From positions 256,001 through 320,000 of the forward strand of contig CBDHDG010000002.1 of assembly GCA_965261595.1 (NCBI GenBank): DNA of 64,000 bases. The letters run 5' to 3'. This DNA comes from a bacterium (GTDB taxonomy: Bacteria; UBA8248; JACPRG01; G963555815). Below the pieces are notes generated by a model. That model had not been told where the DNA came from, ran no database searches, and saw only the letters and a list, made by a program, of their open reading frames with translations. Positions 21,598 to 30,518 of this stretch are shown here, in pieces. The position numbers and the translations under genes are program-made. Position 1 is the stretch's first letter; each line of letters begins with the position of its first letter.

Positions 21598-21663
21598 CGC
21601 GACACCCCTTTCTCCATGAATCATGGATCAATCGAGTGTCCAACAAAACCCTAGAGCGGGGGA

Positions 21664-21943
21664 CTTGGGACATCTCGGAGACCGGCATTTAGCCGCGATG
21701 AAGGCCGCGGTAAACGCGGGTGGAGAAGCCGGCCCGGTTTACTCGGCCGGCATACTCCTTGTCGATAAGATGTCATGGCCGATAGCCGACCTGCGTATAG
21801 ACTGGCATAAGGCGGGAGATCCGGTCGATGAACTCGAAAAACTATGGGGGATCTATTCTCCGCAATTGAACGACTATGTCAGTCGAGCCCTCAATCCTTC
21901 CTCAGCGCCGCGCTATTTAGCGCAGCATCTTGGAGAAAAATAA
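21664..21943 (+). pseudogene. 3' fragment of a DUF1028 (Ntn-hydrolase-like) gene truncated by IS3
   Basis: AGGEAGPVYSAG..SWPIADLRIDW..DPVDEL..LW..Y..RALNP. Confidence 0.75.
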
Positions 21944-22215
21944 ATCTGTCCACTTTCTTCTTAATTTTTCCTTCTTTTTTTCTTAATTTTTCTATTTTTC
22001 TCCCTTTTTCTCCTCGGATTTGAAATGGGAAATTCCGGCTTGAATCTGTGGTAAACTGGGACACCTTGTTAACACACAAGGACCGCAGCATTGCAAAACT
22101 GTGGTCATTTGGGAAATGCCGGATAAAGGCGTTAGAGGGACCACGTAGATTAGGTTGGAAAGCATCGGGGGTAACCGGAAAATTAGCCTGAGAAGGCTTT
22201 TATGGAGGTGTTCTC

Positions 22216-23409
22216 GTGGATTGGGATGAATTCCGCAACAAGATCCCCGCCTTGCGGGGGAAGGGGCTGTGGTACGGGATTGCCGCCGTGGTGGTCATCT
22301 GGCTGCTCACGGGGATCTACCAGGTGGGCCCCGACGAGAAAGGGGTGGTGCTGCGGTACGGCCGCCTGAGCGCCATCACCGATTCGGGCATCAACTACCA
22401 CTTGCCCTACCCCTTCGAGACCGTCTTCAAACCGAAGGTGACCGAGGTCAAGCGGATCGAGGTCGGCTTCCGGACGCTCGACCCCGGTCCGCCGGCCCGC
22501 TACGCCGACCGTCCCCAGGAATCCCTGATGCTGACCGGTGACGAGAACATTGTGGACGTCGACCTCATCGTCCAGTACCGAATCGCCGACGCGGCCAAGT
22601 ACCTGTTCCGGGTCAAGGACCCGGACGGGACGGTGCGCAAGGCGACCGAAGCGGCCATCCGCGAGGTGGTCGGGAGCAAGGTCATCGACGAGACCCTCAC
22701 AACGGGCAAGGACCAGATCCAAGCCGAGACCATGGCGCTCGTCCAGAAGATCCTGGACCGGTACGATTCCGGGCTCCTCATCACGGCCCTCCAGCTCCAG
22801 GACGTGAATCCGCCCACGCAGGTCCGGGACGCATTCATCGACGTGGCGAGCGCCCGCGAGGACAAAAACCGGATCATCAACGAGGCCCAGGGCTACAGAA
22901 ACGCCATCATCCCGGAGACCCGCGGAAAGGTGTCCCAGGTCATCAACGAGGCCCAGGGCTACCGCGCCGAGAAGACCCGAAAGGCGACCGGAGACGCCGA
23001 CCGTTTCAAGCAGATCCTGCGCGAATACCAGAAGGCCAAGAGCGTCACCCGCAAGCGGCTCTACCTGGAAACCATGGAAGAGATCCTGCCGGGGATCAAG
23101 AAGATCATCCTGGACCAGCAAAAGAGCGGAGTCCTCCCCATCCTTTCGCTCGGCCAGGACGTCGGCAAGGCGCTCTTCGGCTTGAAGGAAACCCGGGTTG
23201 AATCTGTCGGAGGGATTAGACAAACAGAACCCAAAACAGAAAAAGAAATTGAAGGGGCAGTTTTTTCTCGTATAAGAGCCATGCGCGCCTTGGGTAAAAC
23301 GAAAATCAAGATCCAGGAAATTGCTGAGTCGCTGTCCCTGTCGGTAAAGGATGTCAACAGGGCTATTATTCGCCTAAAGAACAAAGGGATAAGAATATTC
23401 GGCGGGTAA
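22216..23409 (+). CDS. hflK: FtsH protease modulator HflK (SPFH) with an atypical C-terminal extension
   Basis: GVVLRYG, LMLTGDENIVDV, QLQDVNPP.QV.DAF.DV, RKRLYLETME; RBS GGAGG. Confidence 0.92.
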   Translation: MDWDEFRNKIPALRGKGLWYGIAAVVVIWLLTGIYQVGPDEKGVVLRYGRLSAITDSGINYHLPYPFETVFKPKVTEVKRIEVGFRTLDPGPPARYADRPQESLMLTGDENIVDVDLIVQYRIADAAKYLFRVKDPDGTVRKATEAAIREVVGSKVIDETLTTGKDQIQAETMALVQKILDRYDSGLLITALQLQDVNPPTQVRDAFIDVASAREDKNRIINEAQGYRNAIIPETRGKVSQVINEAQGYRAEKTRKATGDADRFKQILREYQKAKSVTRKRLYLETMEEILPGIKKIILDQQKSGVLPILSLGQDVGKALFGLKETRVESVGGIRQTEPKTEKEIEGAVFSRIRAMRALGKTKIKIQEIAESLSLSVKDVNRAIIRLKNKGIRIFGG

Positions 23410-23469
23410 TGAAAAATATCATCTCTATTCCGATTAAGTGCGTTAACAAGGCGTGGTGGGGTAAATTAG

Positions 23470-23704
23470 CCCGAATTTCCCATATGGACGATAATTTTTG
23501 ACACCCCGAAGGCCGTTTTCTTGTGTAAAATAAAGGTGTTGGCCTCCCTGCGCCACCTCTGAGCAGGGAAACCCAATGGGTGAAGCGAAAAAGACGGCTT
23601 TGAGGGTCCTTTTTGACCGTCGGCTGAGGCTTGAGTTTCACGGAACCAGAATCACTTCGGATGCGGGATTCCTGGCCTGCCGGATTTGAATTGGAAAATC
23701 CCGG
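23470..23704 (+). mobile_element. Internally deleted miniature IS1380 derivative (235 bp)
   Basis: IR CCCGAATTTCCCATAT and AATTGGAAAATCCCGG enclosing ORF 23576-23689 MGEAKKTALRVLFDRRLRLEFHGTRITSDAGFLACRI*, an IS1380 transposase N-terminus. Confidence 0.8.
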
Positions 23705-23784
23705 TCCGCCGCTTTCAGGCACGAAGGCAGCGCTCTGTCTCAATCCATAAACGGTTCGAAGGCTCCGGGCGCTCTGGGGGGACG

Positions 23785-24135
23785 ATGAAGCTTCTTTCGG
23801 TGAACGTATCGGCGGCCAAGGAAGTCGAGCACGGCGGCAAGACCACCTCGACAGGAATCTTCAAGGAACCCGTACGCGGACGTGTGATGCTCCGGACGCT
23901 GAATCTGGACGGAGATGACCAGGCGGACCGGAGGGTCCACGGCGGAATCCACGCTGCCGTCTACGTCTACACCATCGAGCATTACGACTATTGGAAGGAC
24001 GAGCTCGGCCGGGACGACCTCTCAGCCGGCCATTTCGGCGAGAACTTCACGGTGGAGGGGATGCCCGAGGACGCGGTCCACCACGAGCCTGTCACGGAAT
24101 CGTTGGTGAGAAATCCAGGCTGGACCCCCGTCTAA
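23785..24135 (+). pseudogene. MOSC-domain protein (YiiM-like), 3' truncated near 24082
   Basis: TGIFKEPV, LDGDDQADRRVHGG, FGENFTVEG; similarity stops before the catalytic Cys region. Confidence 0.85.
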
Positions 24136-24222
24136 AACTGCTACGCCCCGGCCTGCGGGAGCTTCGGAAAGAGCTCTCTCTGGACTTACCCCGGTTTCGT
24201 GGAGAGTTAAGCACTTGGGTTT

Positions 24223-25071
24223 TCAGGGTGTGCGTTGTTGTCTCCTTTCGTAGTTAACGGGTGACAGGTTGTCGATGGAGGAGTGCCGACGATGCGGGTT
24301 GTAGAAGCCCTTGATGAACCCGAACACCTCCATGCGCGCCTCGGCCCGGGTGCGGAAACTGTGGCGAGCGAGGAGCTCGCACTCCAGCGTGGCGAAAAAG
24401 CTCTCACACAGCGCGTTGTCGTAGCAGTCCCCGACCGAACCCATGGAGGGACGCCCGCCCGCCTGGCGGCAGCGCTGCCCAAAGGCGACCGAGGTGTACT
24501 GCGTGCCCTGGTCGGAGTGGTGGATGACGGCCCGGGGACGGCGCTTATACAGCGCCATGTCGAGCGCGTCGAGCACCAACTCGGCCCGCAGGTGTGTGGC
24601 CATCGACCACCCCACGATGCGCCGGCTGAACGCATCGAGCGCCACGGCCAGATACAAAAACCCCGCCCATGTCGGAACGTAGGTGATGTCGGCCACCCAC
24701 AGCCGGTCGGGGGCCTCGGCCGTGAAGTTGCGGTCCACCAGATCAGGGGCCGGCCGCGCCTCCTGCCGGCGCTGCGTCGTGCGCGCTCCCTTGCGCCGAC
24801 TGACGCCCGCAAGTCCCGCCCCACGCATCAGCCTGGCGACGCGCTTGCGGCCCACACGCACTCCCTCAGCCTCCAACTCGGCATGGACGCGCGGCACGCC
24901 GTAAGTCCCCCGAGAACGCTCGTGGATCGCCTGAATGCGTTTGGTGAGCGCCCGATCGGCACACGAGCGGGCACACGGCGCGCGCCTGCGCCACGCGTAG
25001 TAGCCGCTGGAGGAGACGCCCAGCACCCGGCACATGGTGGCGGTCCGATACATGGCCTGGTTCGCCCTCAC
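24223..25071 (-). CDS. IS3-family transposase OrfB
   Basis: YGVPRVHAEL, WVADITYV, HHSDQGTQY, CYDNALCESFF. Confidence 0.95.
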   Translation of the reverse strand: MRANQAMYRTATMCRVLGVSSSGYYAWRRRAPCARSCADRALTKRIQAIHERSRGTYGVPRVHAELEAEGVRVGRKRVARLMRGAGLAGVSRRKGARTTQRRQEARPAPDLVDRNFTAEAPDRLWVADITYVPTWAGFLYLAVALDAFSRRIVGWSMATHLRAELVLDALDMALYKRRPRAVIHHSDQGTQYTSVAFGQRCRQAGGRPSMGSVGDCYDNALCESFFATLECELLARHSFRTRAEARMEVFGFIKGFYNPHRRHSSIDNLSPVNYERRQQRTP

Positions 25072-25382
25072 GAACCCGTAGATCCGGACGGGATCGAATC
25101 GGTCTCCCGAGCAAACCAGGCCGCGGCTTTTGCTAAGATCTCCCGCTCCTGGCGGAGCTGTCGGTTCTCGCGGCGAAGTCGGCGCAACTCCTCCCGCTCA
25201 TCGCTCGTGAGCCCGTCTTTGCGACGCCCCTCGTCAACGTCGGCTTGATGGGCCCAGGTGCGGATCGTCTGCGCCGAGGGCTCGAACTCGTGCGCCAGCG
25301 CCTCGGGCGTGCGTCCCGCCCGGACCAACTCTACCATCTGGCAGCGGAACTCCATTGGATAGCGTGGGTGAGTCTGTGGCAT
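25068..25382 (-). CDS. IS3-family transposase OrfA
   Basis: RYPMEFRCQMVELVRAG..QTIRTW..ELRRLRRENRQLRQEREILAKAAAWFA; RBS GGAGG. Confidence 0.9.
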   Translation of the reverse strand: MPQTHPRYPMEFRCQMVELVRAGRTPEALAHEFEPSAQTIRTWAHQADVDEGRRKDGLTSDEREELRRLRRENRQLRQEREILAKAAAWFARETDSIPSGSTGS

Positions 25383-26380
25383 CGTGAACACCTCCTTTAC
25401 CCCCAAATCATCAGGTGTCCACCAAACCGGGTCAACTCCACTCGCCGTCCGGTGAAAGATGTCCTCCTTGACCTCCGGCGTCCAGTCCATCCCCTCGACG
25501 ACGCCGATGGCCGGCGTCATGCTCTTGTGAAAGGGGTAGTCGGTGCCGAACAGGAACCGGTCGCAGCCGATGACCTCCTCGGCGCACCGCAGAGAAGGCG
25601 CCTGGAAGCCCAGGCAGTCGTAGTAGAGCCGCTTCAGGTAAGTGGGTCGGCGGATGGGGCAAATCCGTATACGGGCCGCCCCGCGAGAAGGCCGACTCCC
25701 ACTGCCCGGCCAGGTAGGGGACCGCCGCCCCCATGTGCGGGGCGATGAACTTGATGTCCGGAAACCGCTCCAGAATTCCCTTGAAGAGCAGCCGCGCCAC
25801 GGCGGCGGTGGTGTCGAACATGAAACCCACGGCCGAGATCAGGAAGAAGTCCCCGAGCATCTCCGCCCCCTCGGGCACCATCGGGTGGATGAGGACGGGA
25901 AGCCCAAGACGGTTCAGCTCTTCGTAGACCGGGTGGAACGCTTCGTCGTCGAGGGGGCGGCCGGCGACGTTGGCCCCCACGGCGATCCCCCAATGGCCGT
26001 TCTTTTCCACACAGCGTCGAAGCTCCGCCAGGGAGGCGTCGGCCCCGGCGGTCAGCGGCAGACAGGCCTGGCCGCCGAAGCGTCCGGATGGCTGTGACAC
26101 GCCTCGGCGATCCCGTCGTTGGAGATCCGGGCCATTTCGACGGCCGCCCCGGCGTCGTCGAAATAGACCATCGGCCCCACCATGGAGAGAATCTGGAAAT
26201 CCACGCCCTCCTCGTCCATCTTCTCGATCCGGCCGTCCAGGGACCACATGGTCGCGTCGGGAAGGAGGCGGTTTTGCATGTGATCCCGCCAGAAGGGGTC
26301 CCTTTCTGGGCGCGCCGTCGAGAAGGCGGGCGCGCGCTCCAGGTACTCTTTGGAAAAGAAATGGCAGTGCGTGTCCACTT

Positions 26381-27412
26381 TCATGAGGAGGGTGTCCCTT
26401 CGTCGCGGAATTTCGGAGCGACCTCCTCGGCGAGGAGGCGGATCGATTCCATCACCCGTTCGGGATCGGTTCCCGGAAACTGCATCCGGACGACGAGGTG
26501 GGTGTTCCCGAGGGCTTCCTCATACTCCCGGACGCGGCGCGCCACGGTCTCCGGCGAGCCGATGAGAAACCGGTCGCGTAAAACGTCGAGCGCGTCCGCG
26601 CCCGGTTGGATGGGCCTGCCGTCGTCGTCGGTGAGGTGCCCCCAATTCAGGTACTCGCCGTACAGGTAGAGGACCCCTTCCCGCGCCGCTTCCCAGGCTT
26701 CCTCGTCGGTCTCGGCCACGAAGGCTTCCCGCCGGAGGATGATGTCCGGCGGCGTGGCCTCCTTGCCCGCTTCCTTCCAGGCCTCCCGGAAGATGGGCGC
26801 CCGCTTGAGGATGATCCCGAAGGCGGTCACCGGGTCGATGTACCAGCCGTCGGAAAGCCGCGCGGCCCGGCGGATGGCGTTCGGAACCTTGGCCGCGGTC
26901 CAAAGCGGCGGCCGGGGCGTCTGGACCGGCCGGGGCATGAGCGTCACGCCCTCCATCGGGAAATGCGGACCGTCGGAATGGATGTCCCGCTCGCGGAGCA
27001 AGAGGTCGAGGAGGCGGAGGGATTCCTCCATCCGCTCCCCGCGCTCTTCGATGGGGACGTGAAAGGCCGCGAACTCCTCCGGACGGTACCCCATCCCCAC
27101 GCCGAGGGTGACGCGCCCGGCGGACAGGTTGTCCACGACGGCGACCGTCTCCGCGATGACCATGGGGTGATAGAGGGGGAGAAGAAGGATGCCCGTCGCC
27201 AGACGGATGCGCTCGGTCCGGGCCGCGAAGGCGGCCAGCACGGTCAGGGGGGATGGAAAGTACCCGTTATCTTCAACCAAATGGTGCTCGCTGACGAGGG
27301 CGTAATCGATCCCGAGGGCGTCGGCCCGCTCAACCTGGTCGAGCACGTCCCGGCAGATTTGTGTCCACTCGCCGGTCAGGGACTGGATGCTGTACGTGAT
27401 TCCGAATTTCAA
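26381..27412 (-). CDS. LLM-class flavin-dependent oxidoreductase
   Basis: SEHH, PSPL, LLLPLYHP, GVGMGYRPEEF, PRPVQTPRPP, IGSPETV. Confidence 0.9.
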   Translation of the reverse strand: MKFGITYSIQSLTGEWTQICRDVLDQVERADALGIDYALVSEHHLVEDNGYFPSPLTVLAAFAARTERIRLATGILLLPLYHPMVIAETVAVVDNLSAGRVTLGVGMGYRPEEFAAFHVPIEERGERMEESLRLLDLLLRERDIHSDGPHFPMEGVTLMPRPVQTPRPPLWTAAKVPNAIRRAARLSDGWYIDPVTAFGIILKRAPIFREAWKEAGKEATPPDIILRREAFVAETDEEAWEAAREGVLYLYGEYLNWGHLTDDDGRPIQPGADALDVLRDRFLIGSPETVARRVREYEEALGNTHLVVRMQFPGTDPERVMESIRLLAEEVAPKFRDEGTPSS

Positions 27413-27590
27413 AAGTTCCGCCTTTCAGGGATGAGAAATCGGCTGGAAACGATGGACCCGTGCGTGAAACCCGCAAGCCACGATCTCTGGCAAATCATCG
27501 GGAGGTTGTCAACGAACGCACCCACTCCCGCGGCGCCGGCCGAGGCGGCGGAAAAAGAAACATGCGTCCTCCGTTCGGCCGGATGGACGC

Positions 27591-28454
27591 TCAACTCATC
27601 CAAATGCATGAAGCGCCCGCGACGACGATGATTCCGCCCGCCCCCACCTTCCAGGTGACGTTCTCTTTCGATTGGAGAAAAAGGAAGCTGAGCGCCACCG
27701 AGAAGAGCGGAAATAAGCCGATCAGCGGGGCCACCTGGCTCACCTCTCCTCCCTTCAGCGCCATGAAACTGGTCATGTAGGCCATCGACAGGAGAATCCC
27801 CGAAGCGCAAAAGAAACAAAGACTCTTCCCGGGCAGGACGGCCCGCTTCCTGACCTTCGGCAGCAGGTAGGGGAGGTTGAGCGCCACACCGGCGACTGAC
27901 GCGGTGACGGCCGCCGTCGCCAAGGGGAGCGGAATGAACTGGAGTCCGAATTTGCCCGCGATGTCCCGGGCGGCGAAGAAGAAGGCCGCGCCCAGGGGAT
28001 AGAGGATCGCCCGGCTCCCCCAACCCTTTCCCGCCTCCCGCCTGTGGGTCAGCAGGGCGATTCCCGCGACGATCCCGATCGTCCCGACGACCGCCAGCGC
28101 CGAGGGCCGTTCACCGAAGGTCATGACGGCGAGGAGGACCGCGAACAGCGGCATCGCGCCGGCGATCACGTCCGAGCAGGCCATCCCGATGCGCCGGTAT
28201 CCCAGCATCAGGAGGTTTCTGGCCAGGGAGGGGGCGAAAACGCCGGCCAGGAGAAAGGGCCAGATGTGAACCGAGAAAATGGGCTGGACGGGCGAATACA
28301 ACAGGGCCAGGCCCCAAAGGAAGAGGGCGTTGGTTGTCGCGATCACCGAGACGCCGACGGCGGGAGACGATCCTTCCAGGCCGAGGCGCGAGAAAAAGTT
28401 GTTGAGCGCATACGCAAGGGCCGCGATGACCGCCAGGAGGGGAGGGCTGATCAA
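27591..28454 (-). CDS. DMT/EamA family transporter
   Basis: About 10 hydrophobic helices, PLFAVLLAV..GE and PLFSVALS..KE repeats; TTG start after GGGAG assumed. Confidence 0.85.
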   Translation of the reverse strand: MISPPLLAVIAALAYALNNFFSRLGLEGSSPAVGVSVIATTNALFLWGLALLYSPVQPIFSVHIWPFLLAGVFAPSLARNLLMLGYRRIGMACSDVIAGAMPLFAVLLAVMTFGERPSALAVVGTIGIVAGIALLTHRREAGKGWGSRAILYPLGAAFFFAARDIAGKFGLQFIPLPLATAAVTASVAGVALNLPYLLPKVRKRAVLPGKSLCFFCASGILLSMAYMTSFMALKGGEVSQVAPLIGLFPLFSVALSFLFLQSKENVTWKVGAGGIIVVAGASCIWMS

Positions 28455-28473
28455 TGAATTTTGCTCCCGGCGA

Positions 28474-29397
28474 TCATGGCCGGGGGGCCAGTTGGGTCCG
28501 CTTGCCCGCTTTGAGGACGTGGCTGGGGAGGTCGTGGTCCACCAATGTGGCGGCGAAGCGCGCGCAATCGAGCAGGGCGTCCAGATCCACGCCCGTTCGG
28601 ACCCCCATCTCCTCGAGCATGTAGACCAAGTCCTCGGTGGCGATGTTTCCGGTCGCCCCCGGCGCGTAAGGACAGCCCCCCAGGCCGCCGATGGAGGCGT
28701 CATAGCTCAGGACCCCCGCTTCCATCCCCGCCAGGACGTTGGCCAGACCGGTTCCGCGCGTGTCGTGGAAATGCAGCGTCAGGGAAACCTCGGGAAACGC
28801 TTCGAGGATGGCCCGGACGGTTCGGTGCACCTGCGCCGGGTTGGCCATCCCGGTCGTGTCTCCCAGGAGGATGTTCCGGATGCCCAGCTCCCGATAACCC
28901 CGGATGACGCGGAATATCCGCTCCGGGGAGACATCCCCCTCATAGGGGCACCCGAAGGCCACGACGACCGATCCCTTGACGGCGATTTCGGCGGCGGCGG
29001 CGGTTTCCACGATCCCCCGGATGTGCTCCAACGATTCGGCGACGGACATGCGCACGTTCGCCTGGTTGTGGGTTTCGGTGGCGGAGATGAAGATGCCGAT
29101 CCGGTTCATGCCGGCCTCGGCGGCGCGCTCGGCCCCCTTCACGTTGGGGACGATGGCCTCGTATCGGACTCCCGGGGCGCGCTCAATCCCGCCCATGGTC
29201 TCCGCCGCGTCCCGAAGCTGGGGGATGGCCTTGGGATGGACAAAGGACGTGGCCTCGATGCGCTTCAGGCCGGATCGCGAGAGGAGGTCGATGAGCTTGA
29301 TCTTGTCGGCGGTCTCGACCCAGCGGTCCTCCGCCTGAAGACCGTCCCGGGGTCCGACCTCCCGGACCATGACCTCAGCGGGAAGCGTTTCCATCAA
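28474..29397 (-). CDS. Hydroxymethylglutaryl-CoA lyase family protein
   Basis: EVGPRDGLQ, HFHDTRGTGLAN, GGLGGCPYAPGATGN. Confidence 0.93.
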   Translation of the reverse strand: MMETLPAEVMVREVGPRDGLQAEDRWVETADKIKLIDLLSRSGLKRIEATSFVHPKAIPQLRDAAETMGGIERAPGVRYEAIVPNVKGAERAAEAGMNRIGIFISATETHNQANVRMSVAESLEHIRGIVETAAAAEIAVKGSVVVAFGCPYEGDVSPERIFRVIRGYRELGIRNILLGDTTGMANPAQVHRTVRAILEAFPEVSLTLHFHDTRGTGLANVLAGMEAGVLSYDASIGGLGGCPYAPGATGNIATEDLVYMLEEMGVRTGVDLDALLDCARFAATLVDHDLPSHVLKAGKRTQLAPRP

Positions 29398-29517
29398 TTC
29401 ATCGTCTCCTGCTCAAGTTGTCGAGAAAGGTTTCTCAAACCAACCTCATGCGCGGAGGCTGAGGGTCAACCGACCCGCGCTATATTGAAACATGCGGGTT
29501 GCCCCCCCCCTCCCTCC

Positions 29518-30330
29518 TCATTTCCCCTGGAACCTCGGCGCGCGTTTTTCCGCGAAGGCGCGGAGGCCCTCGTTTCGGTCTTCGGTGGATAAGGTCGCGT
29601 CATAGGCCTCCCGCTCCAGCTTCAGTCCGCCCGGCAGGTCCATCTCGACGCCGTTGTCGATGGCCCGTTTGGCTTGCCGCAGGGCGATGGGGGCGTTGGC
29701 GACGATGGCCCTGACGGTCTTCTCGGTTTCCTCGTCCAGCGTGTCGGCGGGGACAACGCGCGCGACCAGGCCCAGGCGTTCGGCCTCGGCCGCGTCGATC
29801 CGCCGGGCGGTGAAGATCAGCTCCTTGGCCTTGGCGCGTCCGATCCGTCTCGGTAGAAGCTGGGTGCCCCCGCCGCCGGGGATGATGCCCAGCGCCGTCT
29901 CCGTCAGGCCGAGGACGGCGTCCACCGACGCGATGATGAAGTCGCAATTGAGCGCGAACTCCAGCCCGCCGCCCAGGGCGTATCCCCTCACCGCCGCGAT
30001 GATCGGTTTGGGGAAAAAGGTGACGAGGTCGTGGGCCTCTTCCAGCATGGCGCGGAGGCGCCGGACCTCTTCCATCGGGAGGGTCTTGCGCTCTTTAAGG
30101 TCGGCCCCCACGCAAAACGCCCGCCCGCCCGCGCTTCGCAGGACCGCCGCCCAGACATCGTCTTCGCCGGAAAGCCGGCGGAAGACCTCGATGAGCTGGT
30201 CCACCATCTCCCGGTTGTACGCGTTCAAGACTTCCGGGCGGTTGAGGGTGACGTACGCGACGCGCCCGCTGACTTCGACCTCGACGTGGCTCACGGCTTC
30301 GAATGTCTCCCGGCCGGGTAGGGGGGTCAC
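29518..30330 (-). CDS. Enoyl-CoA hydratase/isomerase
   Basis: LNRPEVLNA, FCVGADL, ALGGGLEFAL.CD, ETALGIIPGGGGTQ. Confidence 0.93.
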   Translation of the reverse strand: MTPLPGRETFEAVSHVEVEVSGRVAYVTLNRPEVLNAYNREMVDQLIEVFRRLSGEDDVWAAVLRSAGGRAFCVGADLKERKTLPMEEVRRLRAMLEEAHDLVTFFPKPIIAAVRGYALGGGLEFALNCDFIIASVDAVLGLTETALGIIPGGGGTQLLPRRIGRAKAKELIFTARRIDAAEAERLGLVARVVPADTLDEETEKTVRAIVANAPIALRQAKRAIDNGVEMDLPGGLKLEREAYDATLSTEDRNEGLRAFAEKRAPRFQGK

Positions 30331-30337
30331 CGACCCC

Positions 30338-30476
30338 GAGGGTCAACCGACCAAACGCCCGGCCAATTCAGTTTTCTCGGTTCTCCATACTGAGGGCAGG
30401 CGGGCAAGATGCCCGCCCCACCACATTTTCGGACCCCTTTCCATCAATGGGGTAGGCCGGGCATCTTGCCCGGCCG
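30338..30476. repeat. REP-like palindrome cluster
   Basis: GAGGGTCAACCGACCAAACGCCCGGCC, GGCGGGCAAGATGCCCGCC, GTAGGCCGGGCATCTTGCCCGGCC. Confidence 0.7.
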
Positions 30477-30518
30477 GGATTTATAAAACCCCCTATCTAC
30501 AAGGTCGTTTCCATCAAA

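Larger units (their letters stand above)
20260..21663 (-). mobile_element. IS3-family insertion sequence
   Basis: Imperfect IRs TGGACCGCCCCTGGGTTATTGGACACTCG and CGAGTGTCCAACAAAACCCTAGAGCGG; overlapping orfA/orfB. Confidence 0.9.
24181..25440 (-). mobile_element. IS3-family insertion sequence, apparently intact, with 3-bp target duplication CTC
   Basis: TGGACTTACCCCGGTTTCGTGGAGA ... TGTCCACCAAACCGGGTCAACTCCA; CTC on both flanks. Confidence 0.95.
24141..26384 (-). pseudogene. Amidohydrolase_2 family (ACMSD-like) gene interrupted by IS3 and two frameshifts
   Basis: DTHCH, ARISNDGIAE, LIHP, PHMGAAVPYL, LFGTDYPF; removing IS 24181-25440 restores the ending IFHRTARELFPKLPQAGA*. Confidence 0.85.
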
